Source: Epiperipatus broadwayi (Eukaryota; Animalia; Onychophora). From it: a stretch of 64,000 nt of DNA. The first letter of the stretch is position 1. Every line of letters begins with the position of its first letter. This document shows, piece by piece, positions 1-14,109 of this stretch. A model generated the notes under the pieces. It saw nothing but the letters and a program-made list of their open reading frames with translations. It was not told the origin of the DNA and made no database searches. Where the stretch lies: positions 3,968,001-4,032,000 of the forward strand of contig JAQFVV010000002.1 in the NCBI GenBank assembly GCA_028023455.1. Reading direction: 5' to 3'. Made by a program: the position numbers and the translations under genes.

Positions 1-1194
1 TATTTTTTGATATTGAATAATGTAATCCAGGATTACATTCTGATCACCGTTATAAAATTTCATTTGTTCTATAGGCATTTTTTTATGTTCATTTTTCATT
101 ATCAGGATCTCTTAAAAGTTTTTTTCTTATTATCTTGTATCTTTTCTGGATTTATAATTACCATGATATTTTGCTATTCCTCTATATTGAATTTCAAAAC
201 AATTTTGTTTAGCAATTCTGACTTCCTTTTTTACCTTATTGCTTTTCTACAAAATTTAAATTGTTTTTAGCATTTTAATATTTGTTCATCATGAATAAAT
301 TTCTATGTTTGTTGTATAAATCCAGTATTTTTTAACATTTTCTTTCATATAATTTGAATAACTTGCCTCAAAGTCTCAATATATATTTGTTTCATTTTTA
401 TATATATATATACTTCAAATTTAAACTTTTCTGCACAAACATTGACTAGTACTTTTTATTATGTCTATCTATATTTTTTTAAATCTTTTTCAATTATGAA
501 AATGAGTTTTAGTTAACATCATAAATGTTATATCTCAACTTACCTTCAACTAATAGTCTAGCCCACATTTCATATTCGTTAAATTGAGCATTCATCTCAG
601 ACCAAAAGATATATGGATAAGATATATCTAATAGTAGAAACAGGCAAATAGATGATGATGGTCAATGAATCCTATTGCTCTCATTATGGATAGGAATCTG
701 TCTATAAATAGGCAATTCAGGTGGAGGTAAAGTTAGACAATAAATTGATGTCAGAACTAAATGGCAGTATTTACATGCTCCCCTATATGGCTAGAGCAGT
801 GAGGCAAATTCATGCTAGAATTGGAAGCTGCTAGAATGTAAAATAAATGAAGCAAACTGTCTACGCATGAGGAAAACTGTTATGGTACATCTGGAAATAT
901 TAGGTAAGCCATTAATAGTTGCACAGCAATCAAATAGTATACTGAACCAATGAATCAGGTGTAAGGTTAGTAGGCATTATTGTAAACATATTGTATATAT
1001 AAATTAACAAAATATTTAATATTTATATGAGTGTGTATGTTACTTTCATGTGATCATGTGAAAACACAACAGATTTGGCTCACTTAACAAGAAACTACCA
1101 AATGGAATTGAGCTATTTTGAAACAGTCAACAATCAGTTATAACACAGGTACAGAAAACAGCTGAGGTTGAACTATACATCACCAACCAGCAGT

Positions 1195-1272
1195 GGAGGG
1201 CTAAGATAATCAGAAAATAAAAATGTCACATGACCACCACCTCTTATGCTTGTGTATAACTGTTGTTAAAAA
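1195..1272. repeat. Local duplicate of the left junction of the 2041-2357 insertion
   Basis: gagggctaagataatcagaaaataaaaatgtcacatgaccaccacctcttatgc matches 2011-2085, including flank and start of element. Confidence 0.7.
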
Positions 1273-2040
1273 TTTAAGATAGTAAAAAATAAAATAAAGA
1301 TAAGGTACCAAGAAATGAAGTGAATATAATAAAGTACTCATAAGATAACTTATTCAATTAATATGTATTCTCTAATTAACAAAGGCCTTTCTAAATATAT
1401 ATATATATAAAATCTGTAAATATTTTTTTTGTATTCATTTATTTTATTTTTAATTATATATATTTTTCTGTTTACAATCATTATTATATGAGACATTTTT
1501 ATTTCCCTCCTTTTAATAATGATAGATTTATTTTTATAAATACCTGATAATTAATCACATAATTGTATTAAAATGTTTAAGTGTTCTAATTTAGTTATCT
1601 AACTAATTTTTACAATTATATATTTTTTTATTTCTTTGCTTCTGACTGAAAATAAGCATTGAGATTGTATGGTAGAGAAATATCAAAATTTAACCATATC
1701 AGTGATTATTAAGTTTTTTTTTTTATTAAAATCTTACACATTTCATTCCACATTTACTTCTTTTGCTAATTGGTTTTGTATATAAATAATTGTTTAAGCC
1801 AACTGTATATGGATTATAAATGTAAAATTTCAACTAAGTGTTTAAAAAAATAATTTAACATTTAGTAATTGGCATGAAAATTAATCATTTTGGGGACCCT
1901 CAACCCCATTTCAAGTACAATGCATTAAATGCTGGCATCCAAATAAAAACTGTTGTTGAGAAGAAGGAGACTGATCTCTCGCAAATATCAAATTAATTGA
2001 TTCCAATCTAGAGGGCTAAAATAATCAGAAAATAAAATTT

Positions 2041-2357
2041 TCACATGACCACCACCTCTTATGCTTATGTATAACTGTTCTTAAAACAGGCAAAACTCAC
2101 TATACGTATTGCCACACACAGCAAGCTAGAGTAATCAATGGATGCCAGAAGGCTTGTGCATAAAATCCCCATCTACTCTAGGTGCAGTGCTCTCAGATCC
2201 AAGGCTCCTCAATGATGAAGGCCACAAGCCAGAACTAGTCTGGGAATATTGGATGAGTAGGCACTAGATGGGGATTTTATGCACAAGACTTCTGGCATCC
2301 ATTGATTACTCTAGCTTGCTGTGTGTGGCATTATGTATAGTGAGTTTTGCCTGTTTT
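2041..2357. mobile_element. Family A insertion with inverted arms
   Basis: 2085-2175 is inverted relative to 2264-2355; encloses a hammerhead; flanks aaaataaaattt / aaaataaaaatgt. Confidence 0.8.
2197..2254 (+). ncRNA. Family A hammerhead, degenerate
   Basis: ctcctca ATGATGA aggc cacaa gcca GAACTAGTC tgggaatattggat; C3->A and one A lost from GAAA. Confidence 0.65.
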
Positions 2358-2514
2358 AAAAATAAAAATGTGTTTTCTCTATTCAGTAAGATACTTTGAT
2401 GATTATTTATTTTATTATGAGAAGATTCAGTTTGGTTATCTTGGATGCATTAAAACAAAATTCAAATCAAAACAAAGCCAGATACCCTGGTTAAATTACA
2501 ATATCTATTATATA

Positions 2515-2654
2515 ATATATAAGGTATATGAGCATAGATTTTCACATGACCCACCACTCTCCACACTATCTCACATCACCGATACACTTAAACACATATA
2601 TGTTGAAAAGATAAATAATCACCAATATATGTATTTCATGCTAAACCAGCAATT
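2515..2654 (-). mobile_element. 5'-truncated family B insertion ending inside the hammerhead
   Basis: Matches family B up to stem II (ctaaaccagcaat); possible 9-bp TSD tattatata. Confidence 0.72.
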
Positions 2655-4802
2655 TATTATATATTTTTTTACAATAAATAATTTAATTTCTATATGCAAT
2701 TTCTGAAGCTCTTTTGCTGAAATCATTTGTTGCAAAACATTATATTCTAAAACAATTTTTGCAGCATATTTATTTTTATTTAATGCAAATTGTTCTTATA
2801 TTCATTTACTAGTTTGTATCAAAATCATAATCTTCTTCAATGATAATAATGTACTTACAAAGTTTATCATCTAGAATGTCTTTTGGATTCCTGTAAAATT
2901 ATTCTTTCTTATTATCTATATCATTTGATTTATGATAATCTATATGAATTACTAAAAAGTTAAAAGAATTTTCTTTGAGTCTGGCTTTAATTATTCTTGT
3001 ATTAATGAGATTATAACCTTTCATTAAATCTATTTTTAATTAATAAAAATCCTGCTCTAGTTTTATTGTTTGAATAATTTTCTAATTAATTTTTTTTATA
3101 ACCATTTAATTGCCCATACTAACATTTGTATTTTTCGATTTGTTTCCAAAGTAAATCTAGTTTATTAAGTGTTTATAAAATTCTAATGTTTCAAATTTTC
3201 ATAGACAATATGTGATTTTAAAAAGTTACATTATTTAGTAGCAAACTTTTGATACAATCCTGATTATTCAGTTGGATTCATAGATTTTTTTGTGTGAAAA
3301 TTGCATCATATTTTATTTGTTATGGTCAGTTTTTATTGCTTATATGAATGATCTAATTTATACTGAAGGATATAAATGCAGACCACTATTAAGATAAAAA
3401 ACTAATACTGTAGAAATTATTACTAATATTTGCTATAACTAATGGAAATTACTGCAAATGATTCACCTGCCTCTTCCACATTAGATAGATCATAATATCT
3501 TCTTTGACTGTCTGGATGTATTCACATATAATCTATAATTGTATGATTACATGTTCAATGGATTGATACTTTAAGCTAATACAAGTAATATTACACATAT
3601 TTTTCAAAGTAATCAGTTATAATTTTTCAATTATCTTTTAAGCGAAACTTCCAATTTTGAACTTTTTTTACAAAAACAAAAATATCACTATCTCACTGCT
3701 TTTGAAAATCTATAATTATTCTGATAAATCTTCAGCACAATCAGCCATCTGGATAATGACTTTATATCTTTTATTATATATCTTTTACTTTACTGGAATA
3801 TTTGTTAGAGAATATCTGGTATAACAACAATCTGATCAATACTTTGTTTTGATATGGATATTTATATTGTCGAGCTTTCTTATGCTTCAGATAAATAATA
3901 TTTTTATTCCTAAAATTAATATATTTTTTATCATGAAAAGATTATAATTGGATGTGACACATTTTTTAAAAATATTAAACAACTTTAAGAACATTTAAAG
4001 AAACAGATTTTAGAACTATATTTGTTTTGTAAAACGTTTTTTTTTTTTAAATTTTAAAGGAATATTTTCATATTGCTGTTTCTATATTTTGATTCAATTA
4101 TTCCATCATCAATGGTAGCAAATTGTATTTTCCTTTTTTATGCTAAATCTTCATGTGTTGATAAAATTTGATAATTGGTGTAAAATAGTGTAAAATAGCA
4201 TAAGAATTCTCTCTAGAGATATTGAAAATTGCTATAGACAAATCACATGCAAAATACTTGCTCAAGTAGGTAGCATCTTAAAATCTCTAACCAGTAAATC
4301 CCATATTCTTTGCAATTTTAACATCAATATATTTCAAAATAATACAACAATAGAAACATTTTATTTATTTTTAAATATGAATTAGTTTATTATTGTTATT
4401 AAAATTGTTGTTCTTGTAATTACTAATATTGTTTTGTTGTTAAGATTATTGTTTTTATTATTATATATATTATTGTTATTATAATTATTAGTAATTTTAT
4501 TTTATCATTTTATTTCATTATTTTATTTTATTATCATTTTATTGTTATTGTTATAACTATTATTGTTCCTATTATTTTTTTTAACATGGTAGTCATTTTT
4601 ATTATTGTTGTTCTTATTATTAAATAAAATTCTAGATGAACTAAAAATAGTAATTACACAATAGATTTAAAAAAATATTTTCTAAAACTTAAAACATTAA
4701 AACAGGCAAAACTCTCTATACAGTAGTGCCACTCAGTGCAAGCCAGAGTAATCATTGGATCCCAGAAAGCTTGGGCATAAAATCCCTATCTAGTCCCTAC
4801 TC

Positions 4803-4861
4803 ATCCAATATCCCCAAACTAGTTTCTGGCTTGTGACCTTCGTCAATGAGGAGCCTTGGAT
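4803..4861 (-). ncRNA. Family A hammerhead, degenerate (UUGACGA, GUU triplet)
   Basis: Reverse complement reads ctcctca TTGACGA aggt cacaa gcca GAAACTAGTT tggggat; 454 nt from the next copy. Confidence 0.7.
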
Positions 4862-5256
4862 CTGAGAGCACTGCACCTACATCTTATGATTTAATGCAAC
4901 CCTCCAGCAGTCACCTTTTATCTCTGATTAACTACCAAGCTATGAGAATAAAATTGAAAACACAATAATATTTTCAATCTAAGCTCATTAGCTTATATAG
5001 TCATATAGGTCTGAACTCAGTTCAGTACCCATACATTTTGGTGTCTTTGATTCTTTAATAACCATAGCCACCACTATCCTACTAGGAAGAATTGGTATTA
5101 AATCACCAAACATCACATGATCACCATTTCTTATGCTTGTTCATAACTTATTAAAATAGGCAAAACTCTCCATACAGTAGTGCCACTCAGTGCAAGACAG
5201 AGTAATCAATGGATGCCAGAAGGCTTGTGCATACAATCCCTATCTAGTGCCTACTC

Positions 5257-5315
5257 GTCCAATACCCCCAGACTAGTTTCTGGCTTGTGGCCTTTGTCAG
5301 TGAGGAGCCTTGGAT
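5257..5315 (-). ncRNA. Family A hammerhead, variant core (CUGACAA)
   Basis: Reverse complement reads atccaaggctcctca CTGACAA aggc cacaa gcca GAAACTAGTC tgggggtattggac; G8->A. Confidence 0.75.
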
Positions 5316-5655
5316 CTGAGAACATTGCACCTAGATCTTAGGATGTAATGGAACTACTGTATGGAGAGTTTTGCATGTTTTAGTAATAGTTATGAGCAAA
5401 TATAAGAAATGGTGATCATGTGATGTTTGGTGGTTTAATACCAATCCTGCTTAGTAGGATAGTGGTGGTTATGGTTATTAAAAAACCAAAACCATCAAAA
5501 TTTATGGGTACTGAACTGAGTCAGACCTATTTGATTATATAAGCTAATGAGTTTAGAATGAAAATATTATTGTGTTTTCAATTTTATTTGTAGAGATAAA
5601 AGGTGACTGCTGGAGGATTGCATTAGATCCTCAGATTTAGGTGCATTGCTTTCAG

Positions 5656-5714
5656 ATCCAAGGCTCCTCAATGATGAAGGCCACAAGCCAGAAACTAGTC
5701 TGGGGATATTGGAT
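5656..5714 (+). ncRNA. Family A hammerhead, variant core (AUGAUGA)
   Basis: Same fold as 39820-39878 but C3->A and an A.A mismatch at the base of stem II; GAAACUAGUC intact. Confidence 0.75.
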
Positions 5715-7776
5715 GAGTAGTCACTGGATAGGAATTTTATGCACAAGCCTTCTGGCATCCATTGATTATTCTGGCTTGCACTGAGTGGCACTACTGTATG
5801 GAGAGTTTTGCCTGTTTTAATAACAGTTATGAACAAGCATAAGAAATGGTAGTCGTGTGATGTTTGGTGGTTTAACTTAAACATATATTATTGTGATATA
5901 GTTATAAAATTTAATTAACGAATATCAAATTTTTTATTTCAAATTTTTGTGAATAATTTACAATTTCATAATAAAATTTTAATTTAAAGAATTATATTTT
6001 AAAAATATTTTAAATAAATTAAAAATATTTAATTGTAGTGTTTTTGTAGTTATTATTTTTGTTTCATTAATTTTATATTATAATTACATTTTACAAATAA
6101 TTCTTTTATAACAATAAATTTATGAAAAAATAAATAAATTAATTTATTGATACTTAAAAGATGATGAAACTCTTCATGGAATCCATACCAGTGTTTCCAT
6201 TAAATGCAACATTTAAGCCTAGTTATTATTAATGTTCATTTTTTAGAGTTTATTTATTTGAATTTTAAAATGGAAATCTATCTTAACAAATGTGATTTTA
6301 ATGACTTTTTTTATTTATATTAAATTGCTTTTTATAAAATATTTGTAAGCATTATGGACTGCATTTGAAACTTAAATTTTTAAAATTGTTTTTAAAATAT
6401 ATATATACTGTACCTATTTACACATGTATACATTTAAACAATATGTTTTCAGAATACAGTTATTTTATATGCATACATATTTATGGCGTGTGGTTGAATC
6501 TAACATATATACATCATTCACTAAAGTAAATATTTCACTTCATTGATGGAAAAGATTTATTGGAAATTGTAGAGGTATGACCTATTTTAAACTTATATTA
6601 GAAATATAAAAAAATTAATCTAACTGATCATTTTCTTGGTTTACATATATAAAAATATTTAAAATAGTAATTAAGTTTAGTAGCAGTCATATTATTTCTA
6701 ATATTAATAAAGGCATTAAAAATATTTTTTTCTCATAAGAACTTTATTGATTATATAATATGTTTACATTAATACAAAGGGGGGATCAATACAGTTAATG
6801 ATAAAGCCGGAATGAGGATCACACACCTAATCTTACAATCAGGAACAACTAAATGTACAGCCCAAGCATAATAAACGAAAATCTGCAATGGAAAGGCCCC
6901 ATGTAGTCTTAAAAATAAATGGAGCTAATTTTATGTCTATATCACGGATAATCCAAAGCTTCGCTATGAATAATGATGGGGATTATCAATGGTAGGATTA
7001 AAAGGTAAGCATACATCTAATGGACCAATATGCAAAGAGTAAAAAAGTGGAAATCCTAATAGCAGGGAACTCATCATTGCCATAATCAGGGCAGTGAGAG
7101 TAGGCATTTGGCTTATATAGATAGAGGCTATAATGTCTCTATAACATTGAAGCAAAGTACAATGACAAAAAACATGCAACATGGTCTATGACATAAAGGG
7201 CAGACTTGATCTATGCATGAGAAACCTCTACAGATGATAAAAAATGGTTTGTAAGAATGGCATTTAGGTTTATCTTGATCAGAATGTCTAAATATTTAGG
7301 TTCCAGGTGCCACTACTTGAATTTTTTTAATAATGATATGATTAGAGAAGGATAAAAGGGAAGGACAAGGAGAAGTATCATTATTAATAAGATTATATGC
7401 CTCCAAAAAGTTAATTTTTTGTCAATTTGGATTAATAGGTATAATGGTGAATTTTGAGATGTGCTCTAATAGGGATGACAACCAGCTCTTCTCAGGAGGA
7501 GAAGGGTATCTATAGGGGAAACAGTGGTGAAGCATAATGCATCAGGGAACCAAAGAAAATTTTTTAAGATAAGCATGTTGGAATTGGAATATTGCAATGG
7601 AGTGAAGTGAAAGTCTGTTGAGCTTCGTATGCTTCTGAAGGTATCTGAGGCTAATCACTACAGTCCTGTTCTTTCAGAAAAGTTTTGAGAAATTGATGAC
7701 CTGCATAAAATATGAAATCCTTGAAAACATAAGGATGTTCAGAAAGTGAGGTCTTTGCAAATAGAGACATATAGAC

Positions 7777-7879
7777 TTTTTTTTCATGTGTCATAGCATC
7801 AGCCAGGAAGCGAACCCACTAACCCAGGACAACTGCTTGTAAGGCAGCTGTGCTGACCACTTGACCACCAATGCTTGAC
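7777..7879 (-). mobile_element. tRNA-derived SINE copy
   Basis: Reverse complement gtcaagcattggtggtcaagtgg...ccttacaagcag...gggttcgcttcctggctgatgctatgacacatg(A)n. Confidence 0.72.
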
Positions 7880-8459
7880 AAAATGAAGATGTGATCTTGT
7901 GAGAAGAGAGAAGTGATTCTTGGATGTTTTTTCTCATTGCTGATGGAGAGTTAAAGATCGGAAAACCCAGATTGATATACTATAGTATTGTCCAAGTGAA
8001 AGCTGTTTTTAAAAAATGTGATATTTAAGCCATTTTTGATTATGAAAAGAATATATTCTATAGGACTAAATATTATAATTGTCATTATTATTCATGAATT
8101 GAGAAAATGTTATTAAAAGCCAATTATAGACCTATTTATTTATTTAGATATGGATTTTTGACTGCTTTACTAATAAATAAATATCTTAAATCAACCTTTC
8201 TAGATTCCATCAGAAGATAGAATCACCAATAGCTTATTAAATCTTTCATTTCTGCCATTGTAGAATATATTAAGTATTCACTAACAATATGGTTTATAGG
8301 TTGTGATTGCCTATATTTACATAAATGTTAATGCTTCTTTATAGAAATCAGGCTTCAACTTGATGAATTCCTGGTTAAAGAGAACAAATAATAAAACTGC
8401 TATGAATTGATAATCTTCCAAATAAATTTGAAAGTTCTAAAATAATTTCAAGACCATTC

Positions 8460-8790
8460 ATTCAATGAAATGGATGGCTGAAGAGTTGTGGGCTGGAGTA
8501 AACTGAAGCCTGTCTATTAAAGTATGAAGATTGGCTATCTTAATATAAAGCTGAGGACTGTTTGTATGTATGTGTGGAAATAGTAATCTGGACCTACTGA
8601 TGATTGCTGGTTTGGCATGAAATGTGGGTATTGGTGATTGTTTGTCTTTTCAACATGTGAGTGGTCAGATGGGTCAGCAATATGAGATGGCATGGAGAGT
8701 TGAGGGTCATGTGAAAGTCTGAGTTTGAATCTCTTATATATTACATTATATATGTACAGGTGTGTATAAGCCTGTTCAGTGTATTAAATT
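8460..8790 (+). mobile_element. Family B copy (diverged subfamily)
   Basis: gatggctgaagagttg...aagcctgtctattaaagtatgaagattggctatc... matches the family B body; hammerhead at 8585. Confidence 0.75.
8585..8639 (+). ncRNA. Family B hammerhead, degenerate stem III
   Basis: aatctggaccta CTGATGA ttgctggtttggcat GAAA tgtgggta ttggtgatt. Confidence 0.65.
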
Positions 8791-9559
8791 AGATGAATAA
8801 AGTGATTTTATAATCATCAAAAGTAAATGATCATTTTGTGCAATCAAAAAAATATGATCAATAATAAATAAAGTTTTGACTGATAAAGTGAATACATTGC
8901 ATAATTATTTTATTGTTTTAAATATTTATAAGAACTTGATTGTACAAAATAAAACCTCTTTATCTGATGTTAGTTATTTAAAAAAATATCCATTAAAATT
9001 AAAATGTAGATAAATTTTTCTAAATGATTTAATTAATGTTAAATTTGAGGTATATCAAATATTCATAATAAGTATAGAAAGAAATGTAATTACGAATAGG
9101 TTTGAGATATATTAGAATATGAATGTTTAAAAAAAAAATATGAATATAAATTTCAAGTAAGATGTCAATTTGTTAGCAGATTATATAAATAGTGATAATT
9201 AATACCAGGACAATTCTAGAAAATGTATTGTGATTATTACATTTCAAATTTCTTTAATATAATGATCTTTCTAAATCTGTTCACATGATTTATTGTAAAT
9301 TATATTCCCAAATTGTCATTTTCATCAAACCAGATAAATATAATTGTTTTTAGATCCCACACAGTCTTAAAAATTTTCAAGTAGCAGCCAAGAAGCAACT
9401 TAGCTAATCATGCACAAACTGGTCAACAATTGAGTATATGTCTATTTTAAGATAACAGATAAAAAAGACTAAAACCATTAAACATTGATGGCAATAAGCA
9501 TAGTGAATTGTGTTTTGCTTTTATTATTCCTCAATGGAAGATAGACATGCAATAGTTGA

Positions 9560-9706
9560 ACCATTAAGCATCACATGATCACATTTCCCATACTAGCACA
9601 TTAATTGTTGATAAACAGAGCAAAAAATAAACAGAGCCTTCTGGCATCCATTGATTACTCTGTTTAGCACAGGTGGCAATACTGTATGGAGAGTTTTGCT
9701 CTGTTT
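9560..9706. mobile_element. Short family A insertion (inverted, no hammerhead)
   Basis: 13-bp TSD atgcaatagttga at 9547-9559 and 9707-9719; both parts match family A. Confidence 0.8.
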
Positions 9707-10663
9707 ATGCAATAGTTGATTTAAGAGGTCTTTTATCTTTCAATTTCAGGGTATTGTATAAACATTTAATTATTATTTTGCATTTTTTATGATCATTCAA
9801 TTAAAAAAGTAAGCAAATTTGTGTTTAAAATGTGAGCTTAAATCTAAATTATTAATGAATTACTTAAAAATTAGGTATGTTAATGTTTATTATACATATG
9901 TCATTAGTTATAAATAATAATTAAATATCTCATAATAGGCCAAAATAAATCATAAACTCAGCTCATTCAAATATGACATCTTTGAATGAGTAGAATTTTC
10001 AAAATTGCATGTTTTAATATATTTTTTAATCATTTTATATTACTTTATAAATAGTTGTAATAAAAAATTATAAAAAGTTAGAAATGATCAATACAATATA
10101 AAAAAGGTTTTAGAGTAAACAATTAGCTCCTAACTAAATTAAGCATTTTATCATATCTAAAATTCAGGTTTTGATATCTAATATATATTTGTCGTACAAT
10201 GTTATAATCAAAGCTTTAAAAAAACATTAAAATATATTTGTCTTTATAAAAAAAATCCTTATATTTGTCTTTATAAAAAAATCCTTAGCAAATAATAAAT
10301 GATGGAAATGCTTGCTAACTTTGAAAACAAATTAAGATAACTTGTTATATGTTTTATGCAAGTTAAGATATTTCTAAACATTTTCTAAAAAAGTGGTAAA
10401 TAAAAAATGACTAAATATATTGAGTGACATCTTATCATACTACACTTCAATGAAAGAAATCTACCTTTTAAAGCACAGGTCCCCAAACTTTTTTTAAAAA
10501 AGGGCCACATAGAGTATTTTCTAATGAATCACAGACTAATGAAAATGAATTTTCTAAATAAATTCTCTAATTCCAAACACATATAAAAATATTCTGAAAC
10601 TCAAAATTGATATAAATATCATAAATGTATGTTTTTATAAAATTAAAAAATACTCACTATATA

Positions 10664-10769
10664 AAACAGGCAAAACTCTCCATACAGTAGTGCTACCCTG
10701 TGCAAGCCAGAGTAATCAATGGAATTATTAGCAAACATAAGAAATGCTGATCATGTGATGTTTAGTAGT
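10664..10769. mobile_element. Short family A insertion (inverted, no hammerhead)
   Basis: 13-bp TSD tactcactatata at 10651-10663 and 10770-10782. Confidence 0.8.
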
Positions 10770-13007
10770 TACTCACTATATATTGGAAAACAAAAGAAAA
10801 TAATATAATGTGACTGGTGCATTTATTAATTTTTGTAATATCAAATTTAATATAAAAAATATTTATCTATAAATAAAAATTTGTATAAAGATTAATCAAT
10901 CTTACATAACGGAATTTTTCTTTCTTATATTTCATATTTAGAAATGTTTTATTTGCAAAAAAAAAGTACTTTTGAAATACTTTATTGGCTATTGCTGTAA
11001 TCATAAGTGATCAATATAATCATGAATAATCAATGGATATCATCGGTAGTGCCAACCAAATTGGCAACATTAATTACTGACTTTAATCAATAAGTAGCAT
11101 TAAATTCCACATAAACTTCGAGCAGCCACTATTATATTTTTATCATCTAAGCCAGTAATTTGAAAGTTTCAAACATTATTTTGAACCCAAATGAACTTGC
11201 TTGTACAACTACATGGATCTGATACTAAAACAGCATATATATTGTAATGATCAGCATATAAAATAATGGTGGGTATATAAAATTCCACCATGAAAAACTT
11301 CTGAAGATTCCTTGAATGTCTAATATGACCCAGTTCTATGTAATACTCAAAGGTTCTCATGCATTCTATCTATAAATATCATAAAATTTATATGAGAGAT
11401 ATAAAAATATATTTCTATAATGTGGGTTAGATGAGGAAAAAGGTGAGATGCATCCTTATCTAATTATATTGAATCTTCTTTCATGTTGGTGGCACCAAAA
11501 TTAAAAAATACATTAAATAACTTGAAAATTATTATAAATAAATCAAATAAGTATTTTTTTAACAAGTAAATCAATTATCATATTTATTAACAAGTAATAC
11601 ATGTTTTAACAAATATATGAAAGAGGATGTTTTCATAACTCCACAACTATAAATGTAGCTTGATTACTCATATTAACAGCACCAAAGATAAAAGATATCA
11701 TCTAGCAAATCCGATGAATATTGATAATAACCATAACAATCTATAAACAAAATATCCCAAATTTTATATTTGATTATAAAATATAAAATTTTATAAGATA
11801 TTTACTTTTAGATAATTTGTTGTGATGACATTGCACCTAGCATTGGAATCAGTTTTATTGTCATAGATGAGAATATTCTATATCATGATAGTATTGCTTA
11901 ATAACTAATTAATCTCTATAATATGTTAACTTTTAGGTACAACATGAACAGAAATACACATTATATAACACAGTTCTTTAATCATTTCATGTATATTTAC
12001 TATGAGTTAGATCTTTTCAGGAATTTAAAATCAATTACCTGTAATATTTGGAGTTGTGAACTATGCTTGCAGAGTATTTTGAAATATTATAAGTGCTATG
12101 ATGAATATTAACTTTACTGTCAACAATAATCTTGTAATTCATTATCCTATATAATCCCTTCAGTTCTCGATAAAACAGCAAAAATTATAAATTTGTGAGA
12201 AACTACATTTTTAAATAACTCACAACATTTAAATTAAGGTCAGACAGGTGTGACTTGAATTTTTGTCATCAGTAAGTAAGTCACAACAATGTCATGTATT
12301 TCTTAATAAATCTGTGTGTAATTCAGAGGAATGCATAAATAATTACACTCAGTAAAATATTGTAACAATCACGATCATTTTCAACCATTATCAATCCATT
12401 GCAGGATAAAGGTCTCTCCAAGTTCATCTCCAATTCTAGCCTCTTTTCTCCACACCACACCAGCATTCTTCATTATTTCATCCATCCATCTCACATGTGT
12501 TTTTTTCTAGATCCTTTACAATATCTTGGAATACCATTTAAGATATCCATCTATTATATATTCTACTTACTATCAGTACTGTTAAACTTTTTAATAACAG
12601 CACACATCTCTTTTTTTTCTCCAAAAATATATGACATAAAATAGAATGTTCTTTTCACATTAAAACTAATCAAAACACTCTTCTCTTTCCAAAATTATTT
12701 TTTCTACCTCCATATATATACATTTACTTGTTTACCACATCCAATGTTTTAACCACCTTATTTGTAGTCATTTTCAAGGATCTACAAAATACACATTATA
12801 TTTTTATAATTATCCATACAAATTAAAAATAAAATAAAAACACAAAAATGCATTTATTCCTATCATAAAAAAACTAACATTTTCCTTTCATTTATCCATA
12901 CCCTTATATATATTACACTTACTTGTTTCTTTCTTCTTTAAACTTTTTCCTTTTTAAAAAAACTAATTACAAAATATATTTTCCTTTCCTTTTTATACCT
13001 TTTAAGT

Positions 13008-13315
13008 CAGGGGACCCCAATCCTATGCCCACAGGCACCGTGGCACCCGCAGACCATATCATGTGTGCCCGCCGCTATTCGAACATGATAAAAAATAATT
13101 TATCTGATGCAAATAAATTTAATTTTTAAGATTTCTTACAAATTATTGTATTATATTGTGATCAAATTGTAGGACATACTATACTTTTACAGCATAAAAG
13201 GGTCTATCATTAACAATATCCAACTATAAATTTACATTGATAAAATAAATGATGCCCACCACCTGGATGGTATTATAGAATGTGCTCTCAAGTGCAAAAA
13301 GGTTGGGGTCCGCTG
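13008..13315. mobile_element. hAT-superfamily MITE
   Basis: TIRs caggggacccca / tggggtccgctg; exact 8-bp TSD ttttaagt (13000-13007, 13316-13323). Confidence 0.85.
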
Positions 13316-13477
13316 TTTTAAGTACTTACTTAAAAACAACCTTGTCTCTAATTTGTCCAGTGTTACACCAATATATGACACATTGTTTTTATCTTTTTCA
13401 CATCTAAACACCCAATTCTAAGAATAGCATTTATATATTCAACATTTCTATTTCTTGTTTCCTTTATCACATTACAA

Positions 13478-14052
13478 TTTCACTCTGAATTACTAAAAAT
13501 GTTGATAAATGTATGCTCATAAACTTCAGAGCTTCTAAGAATAGGTGATTCATTCTATTCTTGATTCCTTTGTTCAACATTTAGAAAGCTTTTAAGTCAT
13601 AGACTGGGGGAGGGTCCCTTTGTTTACATGTACATTGAGCTATGTTTAATGTTTACATGTTTTTTTTTCATATGTCATAGCATCGGCCGGGACGTGAACC
13701 CACAACCGTCTGCAACCAACTACTTGCTTGCAAGGCAGTTGCGATGACCTCTTGGCTAATGATGCTTTTACATGTTAAACCTCATTTAATTATTAAAATC
13801 AAGGTATTAAAAGTGAGATGATGTCTCTGGCTTAGTATAATTAATTATGAATTTAATAACTCTTAAGTGCCATATTCCATCTGGTTGATAAATTAATTTC
13901 ACTTTGAAGTATTAATAATGTTGACAAAGGAATGCTCATAAACATCAGATCTTCTAAAAATAAGTGTTTCTTTCTATTCTTGATTTCTTTGTTCAACATT
14001 TAGAATGCTTTTAAGTCATAACATGGGGGAGGGTGTTTTACTCCCTTTGTTC
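13478..14052 (+). repeat. Direct duplication of ~150 bp (13478-13625 and 13900-14052)
   Basis: atgctcataaac..cttcta..ttgttcaacatttagaa..tttaagtcata..tgggggaggg occurs twice. Confidence 0.75.
13661..13766 (-). mobile_element. tRNA-derived SINE copy
   Basis: Same head and tail with internal insertion; TSD tttacatgt (13652-13660, 13767-13775). Confidence 0.68.
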
Positions 14053-14109
14053 CCTTATGTATATATTCTATATCTGATTTCCAATTACTTAATAACAACA
14101 CATAAAAAG

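Larger units (their letters stand above)
4698..5873. mobile_element. Family A retrozyme-like insertion: ~1.4 tandem units (- strand, 4698-5345) plus inverted arm (+, 5352-5873)
   Basis: Direct repeat aaacaggcaaaactc at ~4700 and ~5157; 5352-5873 is the reverse complement of the array; flanked by near-TSD aacttaaaacat (4686-4697) / aacttaaacat (5874-5884); three hammerheads. Confidence 0.85.

Noticed and set aside
10474-10510. caggtccccaaactttttt...gggccaca hAT-like terminus
   Set aside because: Only one end; no partner TIR or TSD found.
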